A DNA stretch of 64,000 bases from Octopus vulgaris (Eukaryota), in the NCBI GenBank assembly GCA_951406725.2, contig OX597831.1, positions 77,314,001 to 77,378,000 of the forward strand, read 5' to 3'. This document shows, in pieces, positions 27,994 to 39,306 of this stretch (the first letter of the stretch is position 1; each line of letters begins with the position of its first letter). The translations under genes were made by a program, and so were the position numbers. The notes below the pieces were generated by a model. That model was not told the DNA's origin, did no database searches, and saw only the letters and a list, made by a program, of their open reading frames with translations.

Positions 27994-28158
27994 TATATAT
28001 ATATATATATATATAATGCAAATAATGAGAAAATGGAGAAAATCACAGATTAACAAACAGATCGATAGGACCACATTTGTAGCTTATTTTTTAATTCAAA
28101 GCATAGGGAAGAGGGAAAAGGAAAGAAAACATGGCCACGCCTAATAGGTGACGTAACA

Positions 28159-28274
28159 TATCTTACGGCCGTTTCCGATCAGTTGCCAAAATGCTGTCTA
28201 TAAATAAATTCGAGAATAAAGTTCTCCCTTTTCATAGGACATTCGAATTAAGGCACGGAGTTTCATCAGAGTAA
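28159..28274 (-). ncRNA. Probable degenerate hammerhead with a long stem II, inside a partially duplicated pLTR-like element
   Basis: CTGATGA...GAAA-CGGCCG-TA; ~33-bp direct repeat at ~28104 and ~28301. Confidence 0.45.
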
Positions 28275-28987
28275 AAAACAAGAGCACACAATATAAATAA
28301 AGGGAAGAGGGAAAAGGAAAGAAAACATGGCCAAGCCCAATATATTAAGAGCATATATAATCTACTATCTTGGAGCTACGAGATCCGTATGTAAAAAAGT
28401 GAGCTAGTAATGGTCTAGGGAATACTACAATTTATTAACGGGTGGATGAAATTTGAAGGGAGTCCAGCGGCCTCTACAATTGACAAGACGCATCTATTTA
28501 TTATGTCATGCTTTGTATATTACAAAAATAAGCTATAAATTTAGTCTAATCGATGTGTTTGTTAGCCTGAGGTTTACTCAATTTTCCAATTATTTGCATT
28601 GGTTTCTGATAAACTGTTGTTTATCCTGTTACCTGCGCGTAGAGTACAGGTGACGACACCTCCATACCAATGCCCGAGGATAATACGGGTAACGGATACC
28701 GATTGTATATACGGATATTTTATTCCTTAGTCGGTTACTATAACCGTTAACTCTCCCCTCTCTCTCTCTCTCTCTCCCTCTCTCCTGGCAGAATCGTTGC
28801 CACGCCGGGTGAAATGCTTAGCGGTATTTCGTCTGTCGTTACGTTGTGAGTTCAAATTCAGCCGAGGTCGACTTTGCCTGGCAAAGGCGGCGAGTTGGAA
28901 AAGGCGGCGAGCTGGCAGAAACGTTAGCACGCCAGGTGAAATGCGTAGCCGTATTTCGTCTGTCGTTACGTTCTGAGTTCAAATATG

Positions 28988-29065
<78 letters not shown>

Positions 29066-29349
29066 TGTGAGTGTCTGAGTGTGTGTATTTGTGTGTGTGT
29101 ATGTCTGTGCGGGCGTGTGCGCGTGTATGTGCGCGTGCATGTGTGTGTATGTGTGTATGTGTGCGTGTGTCCGCGCGCGTGTGTGTTTGTGTGAATGCGC
29201 GTTTGTGTGTGTGCATGTGTGTGGGTGCTTGCGTGTGCGTGTGCATATGTGCGCGTGTGCGCGTTTGTGTGTGAGTGTGTATGTGCGTGTGTGCGCGTGT
29301 GTGTATGTATGCATGTGTGCGTGTGTACATGTGCGTGTGTGTGTGTGTT

Positions 29350-29780
29350 GAAGTGAAACAAATGTCTTTGTCCCCGCCACTGTTTGACAACCGGTGCTGA
29401 TGTGTTTATGTCCCCTTAACCTAATTGTTCGGCAAAAAGAAACCGAAAGAATAAGTACCAGGCTTAAAAAAAATAAAAATAAGGATATATTAGGGGTCAA
29501 TTCATATTACTAAAATACTTCAAGGCGATGGAATCCTATGTATCGTTTATTTTTTTATGTTTTACTTGTTTCAGTCGTTAGACTGCGGCCATTCTGGGGC
29601 ATCACCTTGAAGAATTTTATTAGTATGAATTAACCCCTAATACATCCTTATTTAAATTTTTTTTAAAGCCTGGTACTTATTCTTTCGGTTTCTTTTTGCC
29701 GAACAGCTAGGTTAAGGGGACATAAACACACTAGCACCGGTTGTCAAATAGTGGCTGGGACTAACATTTGTTTTACTTAC
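29350..29780. repeat. Inverted pair of old SINE family A 3' halves
   Basis: Arms at ~29350-29530 and ~29600-29780 share private variants. Confidence 0.75.
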
Positions 29781-29985
29781 ACACGCACACATACGCATAC
29801 ATATACACACACACACACACGCACGCATGCACACACGCATACATGGACACATTCCATGAGTTAACCCAATGAGCAAGTCTTAGTTCTGGAACTGCCCTCT
29901 GCTGATTGTGACCGGTATTTATTTTCTTATCTAGGTCGCCTCTGATTAAAGTGAGATATGATCTTTTATTTCTTCAGACATAGTG

Positions 29986-30031
<46 letters not shown>

Positions 30032-30851
30032 GAGATCAGCATTATCTAACGTATATTCCATTTTTCCTTTTTTTTTGTTTTGAAGGCGATGTAGCATGGC
30101 TTTTAGGTAAATTTGACTGATATTTCTCGCAGGTCGACTAATTACTCAGAGGTTGCCTCGTTTGCTCGGGGACCACATGGTGTTTAGCGGATGAGATATA
30201 AATCACCTGCTGAATAGAGCGTCAATTCTAAGCCAAGCCATATTCCCAGATGATCCGCTACCTATTTCCGGCAGCCATGTGAACTATGGTGCGTATAATT
30301 AAGTTAACTGCCTATATGCCAAAAAAGAAACTCTCGCAATGTACTGTATTTGATCTCAATAAATTTGACCTGCTCGTCGTAGTTTGACGAACTTCAACGA
30401 GCTGGCGTTGGGAGTGGAGTTGTGGTGGAATGGACTGCTTTTTTATTTCTGTTTTTAGTTAGCACTGAACTCCCGTTAATGTTATATTAAGCCACGAGAG
30501 GCGATGAGAGACGCATAATCCGCATTTGCACACCCATACACGGAATGGGACGACGGTCTGCCGAGAGTAACTTATACCCCCAAAATGCTGGTAAGTATTG
30601 AAGACAATTTTTGTTGGTCGGCAAATTTGACTTACCTCACATTCAATAGTTTCTTCATGTTCCAGCGAGGAGAAGGAAAAACAAAATCGGTTTCGTACCG
30701 TATGAACTTTAACTTAATGAAGGTGGGTATAATAATAACTAAGCAGAAAAATATCTTAAACATGATTAACATATGTTATTGTCAGGAACATGAAACAAGA
30801 ACATCCCCAAACCTATTCTACGACGGAGCTAATAAAATATGAGAAATAATG

Positions 30852-31085
30852 AGGCGGCGAGCTGGCAGAAACGTTAGCGCGCCGGGCGAAATGCTTAGGG
30901 GTATTTCGTCTGCCGCTACGTTGTAAGTTCACATTCCGCCGAGGTAGACTTTGCCTTTCATCCTTTCGGGGTCGATAAATTAAGTACCTGTTACGCACTG
31001 GGGTCAATGCAATCGATTTAAACCCTCTGTCCGTCCTTGTTTGTCCCCTCTGTGTTTAGCGCCTTGTGGGTAATAAAGAAATAAA
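30852..31085 (+). mobile_element. SINE family B copy, full monomer
   Basis: aggcggcgagctggcagaaacgttagc head through the taataaagaaata tail. Confidence 0.9.
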
Positions 31086-31751
31086 AATATGTTAAATAAT
31101 AAAAAACAAAACAAAAATAGTACTGCCTTGTATCCAGTTTAAACCAATCACACCTTCAGACCTTGGCGGAGTAGGGTTGTCCTGTGGGCCGGTCTGAAAA
31201 CCGTTATAAGATGCCTGAAGCTTAGTCTTTGCTCTTGTAACGAAACATCTAGTTTTATTATCTCATCCATGTTCTGGCCCTGTATATGTTCTTGTAAACC
31301 AGCTTATGGTTTCAACCCAGCTTAGGATGTTGCACTCACGATTGTAAGGACGCGGTTTCGAATCCGGGACAGGACAGTGATTGCCTTCATGAGCAAAACA
31401 CTTCCCTGTATGTTGTTCCACTTCACTGCAAATGATTTCCAGCAATAGTTGACATGTTAACCCTGCGACTGACCGAAATCCCATTCAGAGGAGATTATTG
31501 TGATCTCAATCATGCTACCTGTTTTAAGCTTCAACCATATCAGTCTAAAGTGTAATGGCTTCCCATTCTAATCCAGTGGTTCCCAACCGGGGTCCATATG
31601 TGAACCCTGGGCGGCCATATAAGATATTGTTGGGATAGAATTCTTTAAGTTTATCTGCAATAAATGGCTTGTTTCTATAATACACAGAATCTTGGAACAA
31701 TATTGTTTATACAATTCCTTATAACATTTAACTACAAAAATACGATAGGTT

Positions 31752-32112
31752 TTTTTCTACTCTAAGCACAAGGCCCGAAATTTTGGGGGAGGGGCCAGTC
31801 GATTAGAACGACCCCAGCACGCAACTGGTACCTAATAAATCGACCTCGAAATGAATTTGAACTCAGAACGTAAAGACAGACGAAATACCTATTTCTTTAC
31901 TGCCCACATGGGGCTAAACACAGAGGGGACGAACAAGGACAGACAAACGGATTAAGTCGATTATATCGACCCCAGTGCTTAACTGGTACTTAATTTATCG
32001 ACCCCGAAAGAATGAAAGGCAAAGTCGACCTCGGCGGAATTTGAACTCAGAACGTAACGCAGACGAAATACCGCTAAGCATTTCGTCCGGCGTGCTAACG
32101 TTTCTGCCAGCT
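31752..32112 (-). mobile_element. SINE family B dimer
   Basis: Same gaaata|ggtatttcg junction on the minus strand. Confidence 0.85.
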
Positions 32113-32233
32113 AGATTATATATGCTTTTAATATCTACCTATCTATCTATCTATCTATCTATCTATCTCTCTATCTATCTCTCTATCTATCTATCTATCT
32201 ATCTATCTCTCACTCTCTCTCTCACTCTCTCTC

Positions 32234-32285
<52 letters not shown>

Positions 32286-32380
32286 AGTTCAGCAAAATTT
32301 AGATTCAGATGAATATGGTACTTAAGTTATAGGCACCAGAATTTTGTATGGTATTATCCATATAAATCAAATTGGGTGAT

Positions 32381-32522
32381 TATAATCAAAATAAACAACA
32401 AGGATATCCAAGGTAAAGTAGTACAATTGTTTCATGCTACTTCATTTTATTTTAAAATTGAAGTAGCATGAAGCAATTGTACTACTCTACCTTGGATATC
32501 CTTGTTGCTTATTTTGATTATA
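32381..32522. repeat. Fold-back with 64-bp arms containing the 3' half of a hammerhead
   Basis: Arms at 32381-32444 and 32459-32522; minus strand reads GAAA-CAATTG-TA-CTAC. Confidence 0.8.
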
Positions 32523-32532
32523 TATATATATA

Positions 32533-32746
32533 TATGAGGGAGTGCAGAAAAGTTTCTGGCTTCAAGAATATCGCGAAAGGCCTGACTGGAGGTCCAACCT
32601 TCCGAGTTCTTTTACAGGACTTAAAAAAACTGAAGGATTGTTACACTAAGTGTGTGAATCTCAGAGGGGAATATATTGAATAAAATTATAATTGATCCTC
32701 TTGTATTTTATTTTGCCCAAAGCCAGGACCTCAGCTACACCCTCTT
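32533..32746 (+). mobile_element. Internally deleted mariner derivative
   Basis: Encodes LKDCYTKCVNLRGEYIE*, like a mariner transposase C-terminus; imperfect TIRs gagggagtgc..ctggctt / aagccagg..acaccctc. Confidence 0.65.
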
Positions 32747-32785
32747 GCATATATACATATGTGTGTATGTGTATATATACACACA

Positions 32786-33165
32786 TCTATTATATAAAAT
32801 CCGTTCTGTCTGTCTGTGTGTGTGTCTTCTAGGATCTTGGGCATCCTCCATCCGATTGCGCTCAGATTTGATATGTAGATACCGACGGTATCAGGGCGTC
32901 TATAAGTCTTGAAAAAATTACAAAAATCGATTCCAGGTGAGAATGCGATCGATAAAGCCGTGGGAACGTGTATTTATACGCGCAAGTACATCAGCTGTTG
33001 CGATCGGTACTACGCGTACGCGAGAAAAATGCACTGTGTCTCAAATTTAGATTAAACCAGGGTTTCTCAAAGAGGAGGCCTATGGGACGGTCAGACAAGT
33101 TGTTTTGAGAAAATTTGGTCTAAATGTTTGACAACTCAGCACCGTCCAATGGGGCGGGGGGCATA
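32786..33165 (+). mobile_element. Non-autonomous Helitron remnant
   Basis: A|TCTATTATATAAAA start; hairpin ccgtccaatgggcgg as at ~27963; terminal CTAG not seen. Confidence 0.55.
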
Positions 33166-33204
33166 TACATATATATATACGTATATATATATATGTATAC
33201 ATAC

Positions 33205-33242
<38 letters not shown>

Positions 33243-33374
33243 GTATGTATATATATATGTAGGTCCCGGGTTGATTCGGGGTTAACCACAGTAAATAAGG
33301 TACTCAATACATAGCAGAGTAAATTAATTTATTATATAGAAGGATATACAGGACTAGAACTGTTATCATTCATA

Positions 33375-33436
<62 letters not shown>

Positions 33437-33517
33437 TTATATGTGTATATGTATATCTATCTATATATACATATATATATATATCTATATCTATATCTAT
33501 CTATCTATCTATCTATC

Positions 33518-33561
<44 letters not shown>

Positions 33562-34201
33562 GCATATTTACACACCATATATATACATATATATATGTAT
33601 GTGTGTGTGTATGAGTTTGTGTGAGTGAGAGGTTTGTCAGACTCAAGCCAATATATGGCGTCGGTACACATTGTTATTGTTGAAATCCACCCGTCGTTGT
33701 GATTGCCATAACAGGAAGATTGATCGCTGTTTTATAGCGAAAGCAATAGTTAGGAATATCGAGTAAATGAAGGGTAGAAAAAGAAGTACCCAAGGGTGGG
33801 ATAACACGAGGGATAATGTGGGAGAAATACTTACTGTTGACCTACCTACCCAATTAATCATGATCAAATACTCCGAGTTTGCAGAATAATAAACCGAAGC
33901 AAAATAAGCTTTTGGTCGTTAGTTAAACAGTGAAATACGTCTGGAAACAGTTCGTTTGATAAATGCATGTCTCTGTCTGTCTATTTGGCCCCTGTATATA
34001 TATATATATATATATGCATACAAAGTGGGACAAGAACACAAAACTCCAGATAGACTATACAAAAAACAGACAGGTCATTCGAAGCCTTTAATCTTCAGTC
34101 AAGAACCGGATCATCCTCGCAATTTCGGTTGATTAATCTTGAGATTGCTCCAATCTGGCCAGCCACAAGGAAAAACTAAGCTATGAGCATTATATAGATA
34201 G

Positions 34202-34279
<78 letters not shown>

Positions 34280-34504
34280 CTATCGAAGAGACTACAGGTA
34301 TTTGAGACTACAGGACCCTTCGCAAATCCGAAATTTTGATCTGGTTTTTGCGGAGGAACAGCCCTCGAAGACCCATAGTGTCGTTCCATGCTCGAAATGA
34401 GGAGTGGACAGACAGCCGACAACTGATGAAGGGTCGTTCTTTATGTTACTTGTTCTGCTTTTCATTTGTTTCTCATTTGTTTCATTTGTTTCACTCATTT
34501 GTTT

Positions 34505-34799
34505 TCAAAACTACTAAAATAAACAAATTTTACCGAATGCAAAACTTCAAAGCGATTCATTTAAAAACAGAATTTAGTTACATATCACCTGTGATCACGC
34601 AATCAATGCAGAATATGCATTCTATGCTCTTCAGTGCAACGAACTCGAGACATATAAGAAAAAAACACAGCATCACATTCCCGACAACCTGCGAAATCAC
34701 AGGTGATATGTAACTAAATTCTGTTTTTAAATAAATCGCTTTGAAGTTTTGCATTCGGTACAATTTGTTTATTTTAGTAGTTTTGACTGCAAAAGTCCC
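34505..34799. mobile_element. Truncated second copy of the 35526-35933 fold-back element, with mutated hammerhead GAAA
   Basis: Near-identical arms and loop; GAAA replaced by GTGA on the minus strand. Confidence 0.85.
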
Positions 34800-34800
34800 T

Positions 34801-34851
<51 letters not shown>

Positions 34852-34859
<8 letters not shown>

Positions 34860-35178
34860 ATATTTCGGAATGGTCATTTTGCCAGTTTAGCCAATAAAAA
34901 CACACGCATTATATATTTGGTGTTATTTTGCTTCAGTGTTATTTATTTTTTACATTAATCTTAATCTTATTTCGGCCAGAGTTCTTTCGTCACACTCCTG
35001 TGACCGCATCAGTGGTCCTTTGTTTTCTTCTTTCTTATTTGTGTCTCTCCTTACTAAGTAATAAGATTAAGATTAATGTAAAAAAAAATAACACTGAAGC
35101 AAAATAACACCAAATATATAGTGCGAGTGTTTTTATTGGCTAAACTGGCAAAATAACCATTCCGAAATATAACAATAT
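34852..35178. mobile_element. Fold-back element with ~120-bp arms in (TA)n and a variant hammerhead in the loop (34974-35018, minus strand)
   Basis: Arms at 34852-34971 and 35060-35178; GGACCA-CTGATGCG-GTCACA-GGAG-TGTGAC-GAAA-GAAC-TC-TGGCC. Confidence 0.8.
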
Positions 35179-35231
35179 CTGTTTCAACACACGACTTCAC
35201 ATAAAAAATCTTGCACAACAAATATTTAAAC

Positions 35232-35300
<69 letters not shown>

Positions 35301-35304
<4 letters not shown>

Positions 35305-35418
35305 CCTGCTCGCTTAGCCAGCGGGGTGGCGTCATTTGAAGGCTAAAACAATGCGAAGCGCATTGTGACCAGCGATGTGTAGCAACATCTGATAGCCCGG
35401 TCGGTGACGGTGATCACG

Positions 35419-35422
<4 letters not shown>
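35301..35422 (+). mobile_element. Short retroelement 3' end between (TA)n tracts
   Basis: GC-rich insert ending in a tandem cggtga tail. Confidence 0.45.
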
Positions 35423-35461
<39 letters not shown>

Positions 35462-35489
35462 TGATCCAACGCCACGCATCCATTTCCAA

Positions 35490-35525
<36 letters not shown>

Positions 35526-35533
<8 letters not shown>

Positions 35534-35933
35534 TATATAGAGGGTACTATTATTCATAGGTACCGCGCGCTAGGAGGGACTTTTGCAGTCAAAACTACTA
35601 AAATAAACAAATTGTACCGAATGCAAAACTTCAAAGCGATTCATTTAAAAACAGAATTTAGTTACATATCACCTGTGATTTCGCAATCAATGCAGAATAT
35701 GTATTCTATGCTCTTCAGTGCAACGAACTCAAGACATATAAGAAAAAAACATAACATCATATTTCCGACAACCTGCGAAATCACAGGTGATATGTAACTA
35801 AATTCTGTTTTTAAATAAATCGCTTTGAAGTTTTGCATTCGGTACAATTTGTTTATTTTAGTAGTTTTGACTGCAAAAGTCCCTCCTAGCGTGCGGTACC
35901 TATGAATAATAGTACCCTCTATATAATATAAAT
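35526..35933. mobile_element. Fold-back element with 160-bp arms and an 88-bp loop
   Basis: Arms at 35526-35685 and 35774-35933 are almost identical. Confidence 0.9.
35661..35724 (-). ncRNA. Type I hammerhead ribozyme motif with intact core
   Basis: GTTGCA-CTGAAGA-GCA...TGC-GAAA-TCAC-AG-GTGA-TA-TGTAAC; predicted cleavage between 35667 and 35666. Confidence 0.8.
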
Positions 35934-36322
35934 AAGTATTTTCAAAGTTGAAAAAATTTACAGATGTTTTTTTCTTTTACGAGGTTTTTCACGCTAACTG
36001 CTAATTTCTTATAAAAATTTTATCCTTATTTTTCAATTTATATTTTTCACCGGAATAGTTCAATACTGAATTTTTGTTCCGAGTAGGCAACTTGTCACCG
36101 AAATGCATTTCGAAAAAGCCCGCCATTTTCATAGATATGTAAAGATAAACATTCGTACATGCTGCGGCGAATTCTACGGTTGGTTGTCGGGTATGTGATG
36201 TTGTGTTTTTTCTTATATGTCTTGAGTTCGTTCAAAGTTGAAAAATTTTACAGATTTTTTCTCTTGCGAGGTTTTTCACGCTAACTACTGATAATTTCTT
36301 ATAAAGATTTTATCCTTATTTT

Positions 36323-36384
<62 letters not shown>

Positions 36385-36390
36385 CACACA

Positions 36391-36623
36391 TTCTTTTATT
36401 CTTCTATTTGTTTCAGTCATCTGACTGCAGCCATGCTGGAGCACCGCCTTTATTCGAACAAATCGACCCCAGAACTTATTCTTTGTAAGCCTAGTACTTA
36501 TTCTATCGGTCTCTTTTGCCAAGCTACTAAGTCACGGGAACGTAAACACACCAAAATCGATTGTCAACCAATGCTGGGGGGACAAAGACTGACATACAAA
36601 CACATATATACATATACACACAC

Positions 36624-36690
<67 letters not shown>

Positions 36691-36705
36691 CACATACACG
36701 TACAT

Positions 36706-36737
<32 letters not shown>

Positions 36738-36898
36738 GTATGACAGTCTTCTTTTAGCTTCCGTCTACCAAATCCACTCACAAGGCTTTGGTCTATTATA
36801 GCCCGAGGGTATAATAAAAGACATTTGTTGAAGGTGCCACGCAGTAGAACTGAACCCGGAACCATGTGGTTGGTAAGCAAGCTTCTTACCACACAGCC
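36391..36898 (-). mobile_element. SINE family A copy
   Basis: Family sequence with an expanded internal microsatellite. Confidence 0.85.
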
Positions 36899-37037
36899 TT
36901 ATATATATATATATATATCTGTATATACAATTCTTCATTATTGATTTTTCCACTCTGTCCCTACCCTCTCCCTTTTCGTATATATACACGTGTGTGCGTG
37001 TGTGTGTGTGTGTAGACAGAGAAAGAGACAATCAAGC

Positions 37038-37079
<42 letters not shown>

Positions 37080-37618
37080 GGACAGAGACAGACAATGAGC
37101 TCACAGTGAGGGAAACAATATTTAGGGACGAAGTGATGCTAGGATTTGAGATTCCTTGATTCCGTGATATAAATTTATGTATGTGTGTGTGCGCGTGTTT
37201 ATATATACGTATATGTATGTATACACACACACAGACACATACACACAAACATGCACACACATGCAACACTCGTATATATATATATAAAACTCAACTTGTG
37301 TGTCTGTGTGTTTAACTTCCCGGCACATCTCCAAGCCAACAAATCGTAGAACCACCAAAAATGGGTCACTTAAAGTTTAGGTGAATGAAAATTGAACTGC
37401 GCTATTTCTGTTCCGAAATTCATCTCCCAAGTGCAAAAATCGATAATGTGTTTGTTTATGCCTTATCCCATGTATTCAATAGTGAACTTTACTCAGTCAG
37501 CTGTTTGACGTGAACTGTGTTCACCACGAGTGCAAGCATGAGTAAATTGCATGAAAAATATAAAATCAAGTTATAAAAACGAATAGAAATACAGGTACAA
37601 ATTGAAATATAGGTACAA

Positions 37619-37815
37619 CAGAAACAGGAAGTAAGAGTGAGAGAAAGTTGTGGTGAAAGAGTACAGCAGGGATCACCACCATCCCTGCCGGAGCCTCATG
37701 GAGCTTTAGGTGTTTTCGCTCAATAAACACTCAAAACGCCCGGTCTGGGAATCGAAACCGCGATCCTACGACCGCGAGTCCGCTGCCCTAACAACTGGGC
37801 CATTGCGCTTCCACG
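37619..37815 (-). mobile_element. SINE family E copy (tRNA-derived)
   Basis: Reverse complement of 45916-46110. Confidence 0.8.
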
Positions 37816-38000
37816 ATCATCACGATACATCGCTAGCGACTCCCTGAAACTCTCCCCTAAAATCTCCGTTGAGAAATATATCTATATATATATAAAACTT
37901 AACTCGTGTGTCTGTGTGTGTGTCTATGTGTGTGTCTGTGTGTTTAACTTTTGGATCTAACAAGTTTCATTATTAAGGATGGAAAGTAGTGTGTAGCAAA

Positions 38001-38389
38001 TCTATATATATAAAGCTGAAGTTGTCTGTGTGTGGCAGATTTGGTAGCCTTCAACTAACACTATCTCCTTCGAGACCCTGCTGCGCAAGTTGACCAAATT
38101 TGAGAGTATGATAGAAGAAGAATTGTTCTTCATTCTGTAGGAGATAAAATTCAAATCGGACCATGTAAACAACAAAAATTATTTACATCAAAAAGGTGCT
38201 TTTTTTCTATGAAAATCCCTATTTTTTACGATTTTTGACTGCTGTGTCACCATTTTTCGGTGTATTTCAACTGGAAAAATGCTCACTTGAAGAGAATAAC
38301 AAGTTGCATAATGCAAAATTTTTACTTTTCAAAAATTTCCATTCAAAAGTGTCGAAAAAAAACCAAGCAACACCGGGTGATACTGCTAG
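38001..38389 (+). mobile_element. Complete non-autonomous Helitron
   Basis: A|TCTATATATATAAAG ... gcaacaccgggtgatactgCTAG|T: TC and CTAG termini in an AT target. Confidence 0.75.
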
Positions 38390-38459
38390 TATATATATAT
38401 ATAAATTCGTCCGTGATACAGTGTGTTTTCTTCTCTCAATCCTGACTATCTGTGTAACC

Positions 38460-38545
38460 TGCCTTACTCTTTCTATCTCTTTCTTACAATTCTCTCCTCC
38501 TCATCTGTCTCTCCCTCCCTCATACCCTCTATTCCTCTCTCTTAA

Positions 38546-38576
<31 letters not shown>

Positions 38577-39306
38577 ATCGTTCTCTCTCAGATCAACTTT
38601 CTCACATCTCACCTCCCTCTCTGCTCCTCTACTTCACTCATTCTCTCTTGTATCTCTATCCCGCCCTCTCTCTCTCTTTTTCTCTCTCTCCCTCTCTCTC
38701 TTTTACTCTCTCTCTCTCTCCCTCTCTCTGTCTCTCTTCTTTCCTCTCCTTCTCAGGTCAAACTCCTTTCTCTCTTTTCCTCCTTCTGGCCCTTACTTCT
38801 TTCTCTACACCACCCTCCCTGTCCCTTTACTACACTCTCTTGCACCTCTATCCCGCCCCCTCTTTCTCTCTCCCCTTTTTCTCCCTACCTTTCCTCTCCC
38901 TGCTCCCTCTAAGGTTCACCTCCTTCTCTCGCTGTTCCTCTCTATGTCTCCTTCTTTCTCCACTCCACCCTCCCTGTCCCTTTACTTCACTCTCTGGTAC
39001 CTCTATCCCGTCCTCTCTCTCCCTCTCCATTTTTTCTCTCTGCCTTTCTTCTCCCTGCTCCCCCTAACGACCATCCCCTTGTCTCTCTTTTCCTCCCAGT
39101 CCCTTTACTTTCTCTCTACCACACCTCTATCCCTGCTGAACTGCCATTCTTTCTCTCTTCTCTCAGGTCAATCCCCTTGTCTCTCTCTCTCTCTATCCCC
39201 ACCCTGGCTGATCTGCTACCAGCTTTTCTCTTCTCTCCTTCTCAGGTCAACCATCTTATCTTTTCTCCTCTCTCTGTTCCTCTATTTCACTCTCACTGTA
39301 TCTCAG
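38460..39306 (+). repeat. Long CT-rich tract with repeated tctcagRtcaa motifs; possible 5' region of the CR1-like LINE
   Basis: CAG at 38589, 38754, 39164, 39243 and 39304; internal duplication of about 150 bp. Confidence 0.6.

Noticed and set aside
35526-35933. DNA-transposon MITE interpretation of the long inverted repeats
   Set aside because: Disfavoured rather than excluded: there is no clear TSD, and a hammerhead spans the arm/loop boundary.
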